Positions 1 to 11,431 of a stretch of 64,000 bases of DNA are shown piece by piece. This DNA is from an uncultured Nitrososphaeraceae archaeon (GTDB taxonomy: Archaea; Thermoproteota; Nitrososphaeria; Nitrososphaerales; Nitrososphaeraceae), in assembly GCA_963765895.1 (NCBI GenBank), contig CAVXZB010000088.1:1-64000 (forward strand), read 5' to 3'. Below the pieces are notes generated by a model that had not been told where the DNA came from, did no database searches, and worked only from the letters and a program-made list of their open reading frames with translations. A program made the position numbers and the translations under genes. Within the stretch, counting starts at the first letter, position 1; every line of letters starts with the position of its first letter.

Positions 1-1379
1 GGATCCTTTAGCAAATCCAAAATTTCTCGTTGTGCTTCCTGCATAGAAGCCATTTGATTTTTTAGATTCTCCACTTCCTTGTCCTTAATCTGTTTCTCTT
101 CTATGGTTTCGGCATAGGCATCATAAGTTAAAACCATTCGACACTTGGCGCAAAATTTGCTATCTGGTTTATTAGGTTCGTTACAGTGTGGACATTGCTT
201 TGGTCTTATTAGATCAAATCTATCGCTGTCTTGAGCCACTAGCCCATATGCTTCTAGTAGTGATTTTGAGGATTCATTGCCGTAGAAATGAAGATATATC
301 TGAGGCATCATACTATTTGTTGTCCACCCGGCATGCTGACGAAGGGTATGCTCCTTTAATATTTGGGCCTTCATTGTCAATGCGGAGTGTCTATGGATGT
401 AGGGGTTCCATGGTTTATTCAGTAGTGTTTGTATCTTACTTTTTTCATCAAAGGAAATATTTGGATCTGTCAAGAGGGTTGGAAAAACTTTTTCCTTGTA
501 ATGTTGATAGATGTCATAAATAGCATATCTAGTAATCTTGCGCCCCATGTTTTTCGCCAAGCCGCAAATGAGTATAGCGTTATGATTTGCGCTCTGAGGG
601 TGATCTAACACCCAGTCTTTCACGTATGGAAGTGAAGAAAAGAGAGGAATTACTCGAGTACCAGTTTTGCCATTGACTAGTATCTCTGCATACTGCTTTT
701 GATCAGTGCGCTTGAAAACAATGTCTTTGATTTTCAGACTCAGGAGTTCATGCGGTCTACAACTAGTCTCGATTGCAAGTGCATGGAAACATTTGTCTCG
801 CTTATTCTTGCAGTATTTCAAATAGATGACGTTATCCTCAGTTGTCCATAGATCTGACGGTTTGTATGCTGATTTTTCCTTCCTTTTTAAGGCTGGGATA
901 TTCTGTACAACACTTGGTTTATGACGTTTTGATGGTTCAATATCAGGAAAATAAAGCCATTTGAAGAATCTGATAAAGCAGACAAGTCTATGATTATATG
1001 TGGTTATCCACTTATGATGGGCATCTGCAGATTCGGGCTTTCTACAGCAACTGTCAAGGTAGTGGAGTATGTCCTCCTGTTTCATGTCTCTAAACGATTT
1101 TTTATTCTTGAAAAATTCTGACAGCAGTTTTAATGATGTGATTATAGTCCTTCTATGGTCACTAGAAAGATTGATCTCGACTTTCATTGACAAGATGTAT
1201 TTTGAGATAGTAAGTGCATTTTCTTTTGATAACCGCGTTTTTAGATGATCTAGAAAATATGGCTCTATGCCTTCAGTGGCTAACTCGAGCTTTTGATCAA
1301 AAAGAGCGTCATCAAAATGATCATGTCCACCATAACTCTGGGTGGAGCTGTTATTATTATCTGCTCTTTCATCTACCAA
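1..1379 (-). CDS. Tyrosine recombinase/integrase with C-terminal zinc ribbon (runs off window start; absent from ORF track)
   Basis: Manual translation from TTG at 1379 is open to position 1. Motifs: ETSCRPHELL (Arg), GKTGTR (Lys), PYIHRHS (HxxR-like), HAGW...PQIYLH (His/Tyr), then CPHC...FCAKC. Confidence 0.9.
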   Translation of the reverse strand, partial: MVDERADNNNSSTQSYGGHDHFDDALFDQKLELATEGIEPYFLDHLKTRLSKENALTISKYILSMKVEINLSSDHRRTIITSLKLLSEFFKNKKSFRDMKQEDILHYLDSCCRKPESADAHHKWITTYNHRLVCFIRFFKWLYFPDIEPSKRHKPSVVQNIPALKRKEKSAYKPSDLWTTEDNVIYLKYCKNKRDKCFHALAIETSCRPHELLSLKIKDIVFKRTDQKQYAEILVNGKTGTRVIPLFSSLPYVKDWVLDHPQSANHNAILICGLAKNMGRKITRYAIYDIYQHYKEKVFPTLLTDPNISFDEKSKIQTLLNKPWNPYIHRHSALTMKAQILKEHTLRQHAGWTTNSMMPQIYLHFYGNESSKSLLEAYGLVAQDSDRFDLIRPKQCPHCNEPNKPDSKFCAKCRMVLTYDAYAETIEEKQIKDKEVENLKNQMASMQEAQREILDLLKD

Positions 1380-1479
1380 AGATGCGCATAATAGTTTTTC
1401 GTGGTCGAGATTATTTTCTGAATGTCCTACCAAATATAATATAATTTCGTAGATCTGATATATAATGTAGTATTCCTAT

Positions 1480-2913
1480 TTACATGACATCAACATCATG
1501 AGGCTGACTTTCCAGAAAACCAGCAGAAGATATCTTTACAAAATTGGCGTTATTCTGCATATCCAATATCGTTTCAGCTCCACAATAACTTAATCCCGAT
1601 CTCAATCCGCCTACAAGTTGTCTAATTATTTCAACCACGCTTCCCTTGTATGGAACCATAGCCTCCACCCCTTCGGGGACATAATCGTTAAGATCATCCG
1701 AATCAACAATTTCAGGACCTTCTTCTCTAAATTTCCTTCCAAGTGAAGCATAGAAGGAAGCCATTCCTCTGTACATCTTGAATTTCTTACCATTTTTGAC
1801 CATGGTCTTACCCGGGCTCTCGTCAGTACCCCCAAACAAACTTCCAACCATAACCGACGAAGAGCCTGCAGCGATAGCTTTCGTTGCATCACCAGATGTC
1901 CTAATTCCTCCATCCGAAATTAATGGGATATCATGATCCTTTGCAATCTTAACACTATCCATAACTGCAGTTAATTGGGGAACGCCGGAACCGGTAACAA
2001 CCCTAGTTATACATATTGAACCTGATCCTACTCCGATTTTGACTGCATCTACCCCAGCGGAGATCAAATCTTTCGTGCCCTCTCCCGTCGCAACATTTCC
2101 AGCTATTAGTTCACAGCTTGGGAATGCCTTTTTGATATTTCGAACAGTATTGATTGCGTTGTCACTATGACCGTGCGCAATATCTACCACTATGGAATCT
2201 GCACCACTTTCCAAAAGTGCTTCAGTACGTTCCAAATAATCTCCCTTTACTCCGACGGCAGCTCCTACCAACAATCTTCCTTTCTTGTCTTTTGAAGCGA
2301 AGGGATATTCTTCCATTTTCAAAATGTCTTTGCTTGTAACCAATCCGATAATGTGTTTATTGCTATTAACTACAGGGAGCTTTTCAATCCTATGTTGATG
2401 GAGCACCTGTTTTGCCTTTTCGATAGTAATTCCCTCCTTCGCAGTTATCACATCCCTGCTCATAAGATCTGATACTTTAGTATCTAAACTATCTAAGAAA
2501 GTTATATCACGTCTGGTTATGATCCCGGTCAACATGCTGCTTTCTTCGACCAATAAACCAGAAACTCCGAAGCGATCCATGGCTATTCTGGCTTCTTTGG
2601 CAGTGGAATCAGGTTTTATGGTATAAGGTTGTTCGATGATTACTGACTCTGATCGCTTTACCCTAAGGACTTCATCAACTTGATCTTGTATGCTCATGAA
2701 TCTGTGAATTATTCCTATACCTCCCTCTCTTGCTAACGCAATAGCCATACAAGATTCCGTGACTGTATCCATATTGGCGCTAACAAAAGGGATGTTAAGT
2801 GTTATATTTCGTGAGAGTTTAGTTCTTAAATTTGTCTGAGTCCTAGAGATTATATGTGATCGTTTAGGAATTAGAAGCACATCGTCAAACGTCAAACCCT
2901 CTTTAAGAGTCAA
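1480..2913 (-). CDS. guaB: IMP dehydrogenase with CBS pair
   Basis: [28 protein letters not shown] catalytic Cys loop, YRGMAS, VPEGVEA. Confidence 0.98.
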   Translation of the reverse strand: MTLKEGLTFDDVLLIPKRSHIISRTQTNLRTKLSRNITLNIPFVSANMDTVTESCMAIALAREGGIGIIHRFMSIQDQVDEVLRVKRSESVIIEQPYTIKPDSTAKEARIAMDRFGVSGLLVEESSMLTGIITRRDITFLDSLDTKVSDLMSRDVITAKEGITIEKAKQVLHQHRIEKLPVVNSNKHIIGLVTSKDILKMEEYPFASKDKKGRLLVGAAVGVKGDYLERTEALLESGADSIVVDIAHGHSDNAINTVRNIKKAFPSCELIAGNVATGEGTKDLISAGVDAVKIGVGSGSICITRVVTGSGVPQLTAVMDSVKIAKDHDIPLISDGGIRTSGDATKAIAAGSSSVMVGSLFGGTDESPGKTMVKNGKKFKMYRGMASFYASLGRKFREEGPEIVDSDDLNDYVPEGVEAMVPYKGSVVEIIRQLVGGLRSGLSYCGAETILDMQNNANFVKISSAGFLESQPHDVDVM

Positions 2914-3176
2914 AATTACCTTATTAATTAGTCATTCTGTGGCGTTATAAGCGTTTTCCTAAATCGGTCATCTCAAATATTGCATCTGCTGGAAAACATG
3001 GATTATTTATGAGGAACAATAATAACATAAAGTTATTATTCTTTGATATTTCTATATCTTTTTTCGTCGGCCTTTTTTTCTTAAAGTGTTGTTTTTGGCT
3101 TATACCGAAAATTACCAACAAATTAAATAATATCTTCAATTACACGTAAAAGTATAGAGGGGTTGGCTGATTCCTG

Positions 3177-3851
3177 ATGAAAGGCGAAAAAAACAATATT
3201 GCGATATTCAACACCTTCAAGACTAGAAGAAACAAATTTACAGGAGAAGCCAAAAGACAGCGAGGGATACTAGCTCACCTTGCAACTGAACAAAGCCCGG
3301 AACTTGGTACAAGAACTTCAATAGCCCATTTCATAGCAAAGAAACATGGAATATTATGGCAGAATATTTATTCTGGAATATTTAGGGACTTGGACGAAGT
3401 ACTTATTCCCTCAGGAGTGGTAAAAGAAGGAGGAAGACTGCCTCTACGACGTGGTCCAAGAGCACTTCAGCTGGAAGGGGTCCCATTCTATGAGCTCACA
3501 GAGGCGGGATTGGTTGTTGCTTCATCCATTGAAGAAGTAGGTAATAGACTAGAGATACTGAAGAGTTACATTGCATCAATGTCCTACACTAATAAGGACG
3601 AGAGTATGATGATCCAGGGTCTGCTTCTGCTAGTAGATATTGCCCCTTCCTTTATTTCAAAAATCATTAATGAATATATTTATGCCTATACAGCAGGTCT
3701 GATTCAAAGCATAATACCCATTGATATGAAAAAATTTCAAAATGCAATATCTAATAAAATTTCTATTGAAAGAGAATTGCTTGAGGCCTTTGCTAACTCC
3801 CAACCAGAAGAGCAACGCGTCATAAGAAATTTTTTTAATGTTGTCACGTAA
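3177..3851 (+). CDS. Conserved hypothetical protein, possible winged-helix fold
   Basis: 224-aa ORF; helix-rich N-half ending in wing-like FYELTEAG. Confidence 0.7.
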   Translation: MKGEKNNIAIFNTFKTRRNKFTGEAKRQRGILAHLATEQSPELGTRTSIAHFIAKKHGILWQNIYSGIFRDLDEVLIPSGVVKEGGRLPLRRGPRALQLEGVPFYELTEAGLVVASSIEEVGNRLEILKSYIASMSYTNKDESMMIQGLLLLVDIAPSFISKIINEYIYAYTAGLIQSIIPIDMKKFQNAISNKISIERELLEAFANSQPEEQRVIRNFFNVVT

Positions 3852-4017
3852 AACGTCAACGTTTTATGCTAGACATTGTTAATGCTAAACTATTCTCAAC
3901 GTTGCATGGATGAAGTCAAGAAACTCAACTGCTCAAGTAATAGCCCTTTGCAAGATCTCTCTAGTACCTCTTACGAGTCTTACAAAAAGAATTTGGCGGT
4001 TACAAAGGTTCATTGGT

Positions 4018-4251
4018 CTATCGAGATCGTATAGCATAATTCACCTCAAACATTGTAATTATGTTCTTTAATTCCTCTTTAGAGGAAAAGCTACAAATTG
4101 TGACCCAGTCTCTTCGAATCTTTGCACTTATTTGACAAACCCCGCTCGTATTATCAGGAATTATTTCTGTGGTGATATCATATGTGTGTCTCAACCTCGC
4201 TTCGAGTTTATCAACAATTTGTCGAGTTCCTGATATCAGAATTTTATGCAT
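4018..4251 (-). CDS. Small hypothetical protein
   Basis: 77-aa ATG ORF with globular composition. Confidence 0.55.
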   Translation of the reverse strand: MHKILISGTRQIVDKLEARLRHTYDITTEIIPDNTSGVCQISAKIRRDWVTICSFSSKEELKNIITMFEVNYAIRSR

Positions 4252-4722
4252 TTGTATCTTGCAAAGGATCCATGGAAAGGGCTTAAAAACTCTCTGAGAT
4301 TAAAAATAGATAGACATCCTTATTTCTAAAAATGATTAATTTAGTGAATCTCATAGGCAAGTACATCTTGATTTTTAGTACTTTCTTTGTTTGATTACCA
4401 TGCGCTAGTGTAGAGAGCTTGTCATTATTATTATATATCATTTTAGACTGAATGAAGTGTAATAAAGGAGTTTTAGTCATCCTGTTGATAGAAGATATCC
4501 AAAATTCATGCTAGCCTTTATTATATGACCTAGATTATAACCCATGGTCAGACCACAAAGAAATATCACTTGACAAGGAGTTAAAAAGATGTATTATGAT
4601 GTGGCCAGTGATACCAAAATCCTGTCGAACAGGAGCGTTATAAAATTAGTTTTACTATGAGAGCCCCAAGATTAATCTAGAACATATATTAGATACGATG
4701 AAATGTCATTATTAATCTATCA

Positions 4723-7700
4723 TTGGTGCATATCAAGAAGCTGGAAATATATGGCTTCAAGTCGTTCGGTCTAAAGAACACAACGTTAAACTTTGGCAGG
4801 GGGCTTGTTGCGGTCACCGGTCCTAATGGATCCGGAAAAAGCAATATCATGGACGCGATATTATTTGCTATGGGCGAAAACAGTCCAAAGGCCCTAAGGG
4901 TAGACAGATTCCCGTCATTATTTCACGACAGTCAGAGTACCTCTTCGGGATTGATCCGAGTTGGCCTAAGTTTTGACAATACCGACCGCGGAATCCCCGT
5001 AGATTTTGATTCCGTAACCTTAACGAGAGAAATGGAGGGAAGAACAGGCGACAGCCAGGTACTACCTCAATGGCAAAAAAGTGACTAGATTCACGATCAT
5101 TGAATTGCTCGAAATTGTGATGGGAGCTTCAAATAAACTCAACATAGTTCAACAGGGCATGATAACTCGCATTTCTGAATTAAACTTGGATGAGCGTAGA
5201 AGAATAATAGAAGATATTGTTGGGCTTTCGTATTTTGATGAAAAAAAGACTGAAGCTATCAAACATCTTGAAGAAGCCGACCGTCGCTTGGAGGTAGCAT
5301 TCGCGAGAATTGGGGAAATTAGAAAGCGAATCGACGAACTGGAAGTGGAAAGGAATAATCAGCTGAGGTATGGCCAACTCGACAAAGAAATTACGAAATT
5401 TAAGGCAGTCAAACTTTCCAATAGTTTAAGGTCAATTGCTAAGGGAATAGAAACTCGGAAAAAAGTGTTAGATTCTACTAGGTTGCGTATAACGGAATTA
5501 TCTACGAGGTTAGAAGAGATTCAGTCTAAAATAGGAAAGCTAAACTCGGAGAAAATACAATTTATTCAAGATGTAGATGCCGCCAATAGAGCAAAGGCAA
5601 AGATAGAAAGCAAACTATCTAGTATAGTATACGATGCTGAGCGAAAAAGGGCATTACTAAAGGAATCTGAACAGCGAACAGATTATCTGGAGAAACGTAT
5701 ACCTTTACTCAAATTAGAAAGAGATAGCTTATCTGAAAAAATCGTAACGAGTAAATCGAATTTACGCCAAATTGATCTTCTAATTACTGAAAAAACAGAA
5801 TCACTATGTGAATTAAAGTTTGGACTGGAGAAAGCTAATTCTAAAATCAACGAGGTTACAACCAAATTAAATGCAGTTAGAGAAATTATTTCAAAGTTGA
5901 ATTTCAAATATAAAAAATTGGAAGCCATCAAAAATAATATTGATATTTTAAGGTTGAGAGTAGAAGAAAAAATAAGAATAAACCAAGAAAGAGCAAAGGA
6001 ATATTTCGAAAAAATTAGCCTACTCACCGAGAAAATTCAGGATGACAAAATATCATTAAACATCCGCATGGAGGCAAGGGATTCAGAACTGGCTGGTCTA
6101 GATTCTATGAAGACATTGCAAAGGGATCTAGCAAAAAAAGGACATTCTCATGAGAAAGGGATAACTAAATCTTTGGAAGTTTTGTCGAAAGCCCAGAATT
6201 TAACTTCTAGGTATGAGACAGAGGCAAATATAGTAAAAGATATCATGAACGAGGACATTGCTATCGCAAGCTTTAGGGCCAGATACTATGAATTTGGAAT
6301 AAAGGGATTAGTTCACGAGGTCTTGAAATGGGACGAGCCTTATGAGAGAGCTATATTAGCCGCTGGCTCGGATTGGATGAAAGCCTTCGTAGTAGATGAC
6401 GTAAAGTCTATGCTTTCGGTAGTACAGTATGCTAAATCAAAAAAACTACCTAGGCTTAGAATTATTCCCTTAGAGATACTCAACTCCACCAAAAAGGAGG
6501 CAATAAATAAGAAAGATAGCCGGGACATTACTGGAATAATCGGAAATCTAGCCGATTTTGTGAAGTCTGATTATTTGAACCTAGTCCAGTTCATATTTGG
6601 GACTACTTTCATTGTCAGAACTCCTTCCCTTGCATACTTGCTCGCAAAAAGGGGTTATAGAGTTGTCTCCGTATCTGGAGAGCTTTTCGAGCCTGATATA
6701 GCATCCATGTCTGTCGATTTTGGGTCGAAGATATCGGATCTGACCGAATCGATATTGCTTCGTGACTCAATAGGTATGATGAGGCAGCACCTTAACTCTC
6801 TGGACGGTTCAATAAGGAAGAAAACAGCAGGCCATGTTAATGTAAAATCGAAGCTAAATGAATTGGAATCATCGATAATAAGAAGTGAAGCAAAAATAGA
6901 AAATATCAATATTGAACTAGACTTGCTACGAAATTCAGCTACTGATAACGAAACATATCTGAGCCAGATTGATTCAAATTATAAGATGACTCTATCTGAG
7001 AATAGTCAGCTAGATGGCGAACTTGAGAAGTATCGAACAAGATTATCTATACTTACATCAACGCTAAATAAGATAACACAGGAGTTAAAAGACAATGAAA
7101 ATAATGCCTATGAGAAAGAAATGTATGAGGCAAATAGCGGAAAGACTGAGATTATAAAACTAATTGAAGATGCAGATATTGAGTTGCGTTATCAAATTAC
7201 CAGCTCTACATCTTTAAAAATTGAAGTCGATAATTATACTGAACGAGCAAATTCAATTGAGGCAGAACTCCATCAATCAGAATGCGAAATATCTAAAAAA
7301 AATGTAGATGTAACTGAGCTCCGGAAAAGTGTGCAAGCCATTGAGAACGAAATTCAAACATTCAGGGATCAAGAACAGCAGTCCATAGATGCATCTGGAA
7401 CATCCTATACTATTCTCCAAAAATATGAAACACAGATAAGAACGATGATGGATGATGAGAAAAAACTCTCTAAAGAAATCAGTGCGCTAGAGAAAGATTT
7501 TGCAGTTAATCAAAAAGATATCTCGAGTCTTAAAGATGAAGAAACGGAGCGCTTTTATGAACTTAATGATCTAGGATATACAGGTCTACTAGACTCATTT
7601 GATGTTGATACTACAATTAAAGAACTAACTATGGAGTACGAAAAAATACGAAGTACGATAAATTTGCGAGCTGTCGAAAGTTATGGCGAGGTAGTGAATG

Positions 7701-8278
7701 GCTATAGGGGAATGTCAACCAGAAGAAATGAGTTAGAGACTGAACGTAATTCCATCATCCGTTTTATAGAAGAAACAGTCAAGGAAAAAAAAGAGGTTTT
7801 CATGGATGCATTTACAAAGGTAGACAATAATATAAGAAAAACCTTTTCAGAAATAACTGGAGGCTCAGCCAGACTTGAATTGGAAGATGCGGATGACATA
7901 TCAAGCGGCATTTTACTGATGGTTCAGTTCCCTGGTAAGAACGCACGTGAATCCACCTCGTTATCTGGAGGAGAAAAGACGATGGCCGCAACTATATTCT
8001 TATTAGCACTCCAATCGCTCAGGCCGTCCCCATTCTACATAATGGATGAAGTGGATGCTCACCTCGATGCTGAGAATACAGATAGACTAGCCAGAGTATT
8101 ACTACAGAGATCACAAGATAGCCAGATAATCATGGTCACTTTGAAGGATTCAATTGTTGCCGAAGCCAACATGGTTTATGGAGTATACCCTAAGGGAGGA
8201 GCATCGCAAGCTATCAAATACAAGCACCATGATAAGATGCCTATAACAGAGATAAGATCTAATATAAATAGCATCTAA
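4723..8278 (+). CDS. smc: Chromosome segregation protein SMC, split by one +1 indel near 5058
   Basis: GFKSF, Walker A GPNGSGKS, Q-loop, coiled coils, hinge, LSGGEK signature, DEVDAHLD. Removing one G in CAGGTAC restores DSQYYLNGKKVTR. Confidence 0.95.
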
Positions 8279-8707
8279 ATACTCTCCCTGATATTTAATG
8301 AGTCTGCCTAATCGTTAGCTATAAGCATTATCTAATGAATTAAATAATGTTAGATTATATGACCTAGCGTGTACTGACTAGTGTATGCAGAATTTTTATA
8401 ATGATAAGTGGAATGTCCTACTAATAAAATTTTAAAGGTTTTTCGAATTATGATCTAGATTCGTTTGACACAATTTAATAGCTAGTACCAATGTCGGCAA
8501 TGCTCTTTTTAACCCACTTTAGCCTCAGTAGTCTCGCCTGGAGCCGAAATTTCTTACATAGCCTGAACTAATTCATTTCGTCGCGATGTAGGTAGTCAAA
8601 TCAAGGCTGTCAATAAAGGATCATCACGCCTTCATAAGTCGAGGCCCGGATGTAAAGTATCGAATTTGTCATCATATAAATAATGTGTATAATAGTATGA
8701 GCTTAGC

Positions 8708-8834
8708 GCGGGGGTCGCCAAGCCCGGTCAACGGCGTGAGACAATTCTTACTTATGCACGTAGCTCAGAAGTTTTAAATTGACTGGGAAACCTCATCCCT
8801 TAGGGGTTCGTGGGTTCGAATCCCACCTCCCGCA
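8708..8834 (+). tRNA. tRNA-Leu(CAG) with two BHB introns (8741-8762 at 30/31; 8770-8789 at 37/38)
   Basis: Acceptor GCGGGGG/CTCCCGC-A, long variable arm, GTTCGAATC T-loop; spliced anticodon arm TGAGG-CTCAGAA-CCTCA; both introns fold as BHB. Confidence 0.88.
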
Positions 8835-9076
8835 AGTCTTTGTGGTATGAAGGAATTTAGAGGCAGACTCATTGTAATATTATTGCATGTAGCAAAGTTA
8901 ACCTGCTATGTACCAGTGGAATAGCTTATTGGTTAACTATAAAATTAGGACATATTTTACAGAAGTTCAGATTAAGATCAGAAACGACAGACATTAGAGT
9001 ATAGGAATACATAATTTTAACTATCCACACATCGATAACTTAACAAACTTTAAAGGCCTACAAGATAACTGCATAT

Positions 9077-9904
9077 TTGATCCAAAAGATTATTTTTACA
9101 GATATAGATGGCACTATACTTGACAACACAGGAGAATATGGAGAAACTCCTAAATTAATCTGTTCATTAATAAACAACAGTATCCCAGTGATCTTATGCT
9201 CGGCAAAAACGTTGGCGGAGCAAAATAGGGTCAGAAAACAGATCGGATTGACCGATCCTTTCATAGTCGAAAATGGCGGGGCCATAGTTATCGAAAAGGA
9301 TTATTTTGACCTTTCACAAATTATGAAAGATTATCCTGTCAAAGAGCGTGATGGTAATTATATTGTCGAACTCGGAAAACCAGCGACGAAAATTAGAGAA
9401 ATACTTAATGGCATTAGGAAGAATTTTAATATAAGTTTTACAGGTGTTGCAGATATATCAATACAAGAATTAAGCAGTATAACAAAGCTTAGCACGGAGA
9501 ATGCTAAAGAAATGGCTCATAGAGAATATGGTGAAACAATTCTACAAATAGAGAAGAGAGATCTGGATAGATTGACAAGAATAGCTAGAGAGAGGAACCT
9601 AAGCCTAATACATGGTGGTAGATTTTTTGATGTAACTATGGGAAATGATAAAGGAAAAGCTGTTGAAGTCTTAGTTGATCTATTTAAGAAAAAGTATGAT
9701 CATAACGTAACCTTTTTTGGGATAGGTGATAGTGAGAACGACGCGTCGATGTTAGAACTTATGGACCATCCTCTATTGGTTCAAAAATATGATGGTTCAT
9801 GGTCTAATATCAAAGTTAATAGGATTATTAGAGTTCCCGGCATCGGTCCAAAGGGATGGACTCTTGCATATAATGATATATTTACAAAAGATCACTCTAA
9901 ATAG
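9077..9904 (+). CDS. mpgP: Mannosyl-3-phosphoglycerate phosphatase (HAD-IIB)
   Basis: FTDIDGT, CSAKT, PFIVENGG, REYGE, GGRF, DKGKAV, GDSEND. Confidence 0.88.
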   Translation: MIQKIIFTDIDGTILDNTGEYGETPKLICSLINNSIPVILCSAKTLAEQNRVRKQIGLTDPFIVENGGAIVIEKDYFDLSQIMKDYPVKERDGNYIVELGKPATKIREILNGIRKNFNISFTGVADISIQELSSITKLSTENAKEMAHREYGETILQIEKRDLDRLTRIARERNLSLIHGGRFFDVTMGNDKGKAVEVLVDLFKKKYDHNVTFFGIGDSENDASMLELMDHPLLVQKYDGSWSNIKVNRIIRVPGIGPKGWTLAYNDIFTKDHSK

Positions 9905-10096
9905 GATATTATATGGGTACAAATTGATATTTAATGTTATCGTCTCGTGATTCTAAAATTCCCTTTAAATGCTCAATTATGGCATAGAAATTTCATTGAT
10001 CCTCAAGATATTTTTAAATAATTTATTACTTCGTTACGCTATTTCTTCCAAACGCAGGAAGAAATAGATATATTATCGCCTAAGTGATTTGGTTTC

Positions 10097-10220
10097 AGCG
10101 GGGTGGGGAAGCCAGTTCAGCGAACTGAGGCTAGGTTATCCCGGCGGGCTCATAACCCGCAGAGCGGTTACCGCAATTGCCTATCGCATGCGGCCGCAAG
10201 TTCAAATCAACCCCCCGCTA
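10097..10220 (+). tRNA. Initiator tRNA-Met(CAT) with two non-canonical BHB introns (10116-10134 in D-loop; 10170-10199 in T-stem)
   Basis: A1-U72 acceptor AGCGGGG/CCCCGCT-A; anticodon arm GCGGG-CTCATAA-CCCGC; spliced T-arm GGTTG-TTCAAAT-CAACC. Confidence 0.92.
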
Positions 10221-10364
10221 ATTAACTCAATCTTCAAATAATCAGGTATGCTGTATCACATATTTAATTTAGGTCAACTTATTCGTTAGGATTCATGGTA
10301 ATTTGCCGATAAACGAAGAAGACACATCTACTAATGACGTCGTATTGTTAAAATTAAGCGCATT

Positions 10365-10781
10365 TTATTCCGATAATTCTGACAATAGTCCTTCCTCTAA
10401 TATCGTTTTTCTTAGCTCCTTTGCCAGGTCAGTAACTGTAACTATCCCTACAATTTTTCCGCCTTCGATAACTGGCAATCGCCGAATCTTATGATTAACC
10501 ATTCTTTGTACAGCAACCTCAATGGGAGTATTCGGATTTGCATATACTCGAATATTCGACATGATGTCAACAATTTTAACCTTGGATGGTTGTAGATCCT
10601 TGCAGCAAATCTTGCTAACGACATCTCTTTCCGTGATAATGCCTACATGCTTCTGATTGTTGTCTACGATCAACGAACTAATACCATGATCATTCATTGA
10701 CTTAGCTGCGTCTAAACCAGTTTCTTCTTGTTTTATTGTTACTATTTTTTTAGTCATTATATCTTGGATAATTTTTGACAT
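10365..10781 (-). CDS. CBS-pair protein
   Basis: DIMTK, VGIITERD, IRRLPV, VGIVTVTD. Confidence 0.92.
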   Translation of the reverse strand: MSKIIQDIMTKKIVTIKQEETGLDAAKSMNDHGISSLIVDNNQKHVGIITERDVVSKICCKDLQPSKVKIVDIMSNIRVYANPNTPIEVAVQRMVNHKIRRLPVIEGGKIVGIVTVTDLAKELRKTILEEGLLSELSE

Positions 10782-11160
10782 GTATTTATGTAGGTTCTTG
10801 GGAATAAAAATATTAATTCTAAGTTACGTCACCTTAGTGACAAAAATGGGTTAGGGCTCCCCAAGATTATACCCCAGGACCCATAAAGTTCCGGTCAGTT
10901 ATAAACTTGTACGAATACTAATTTGATGTTGGAGTATGAGTTTCATCTCGATATATTTTATATCGCAAGATCGTTAGGATATACAAAGTGCGTTGCATAA
11001 GAGTTTACAATCTCAGGTCTTTAAGGCACATTAGAAAAAACGACATGATGAGCAGTGTTATTTGAATGGCAGATCATCGTATTTTTAAAATATGCTCCAA
11101 ACATTATAGATAAATAATAGTATTATCTTTAATTATGAGTTTATCAAATATAACAATAGT

Positions 11161-11310
11161 ATGGGTATTGCAGCATCCTCTTCTAATAAGCCATCGAAAC
11201 AGGAACGTTGCAGTCTTTGTGGAAGGGTTTTTAACAATGCAGAAGACTTGAACGCTCACAAACAGATCGATCACGGCGAACAAAGCCACGAGCCTGCTGG
11301 TGTAAGTTAG
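11161..11310 (+). CDS. 49-aa C2H2 zinc-finger microprotein
   Basis: Manual translation MGIAASSSNKPSKQERCSLCGRVFNNAEDLNAHKQIDHGEQSHEPAGVS. Confidence 0.8.
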   Translation: MGIAASSSNKPSKQERCSLCGRVFNNAEDLNAHKQIDHGEQSHEPAGVS

Positions 11311-11431
11311 ACAATCGTAGGCTATCACCACATTTCTTTTCGTTAGTTCATTTGAATTCCCATTGTTATCATATGGCATCAATAAAAGTCCTTTAACATT
11401 CAAAATCTGACAAAAGCTCAAAATTTAAGGG

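Noticed and set aside
188-523. 111-aa plus-strand ORF (also 1214..1444)
   Set aside because: Antisense shadows of the minus-strand integrase.
5040-5090. Programmed frameshift at GGCAAAAAAG in smc
   Set aside because: The frame break maps upstream of the A-run (extra G near 5058) and fits the window-wide indel pattern.
11104-11421. 105-aa minus-strand ORF
   Set aside because: No motif, and it overlaps the convincing C2H2 ORF on the plus strand.
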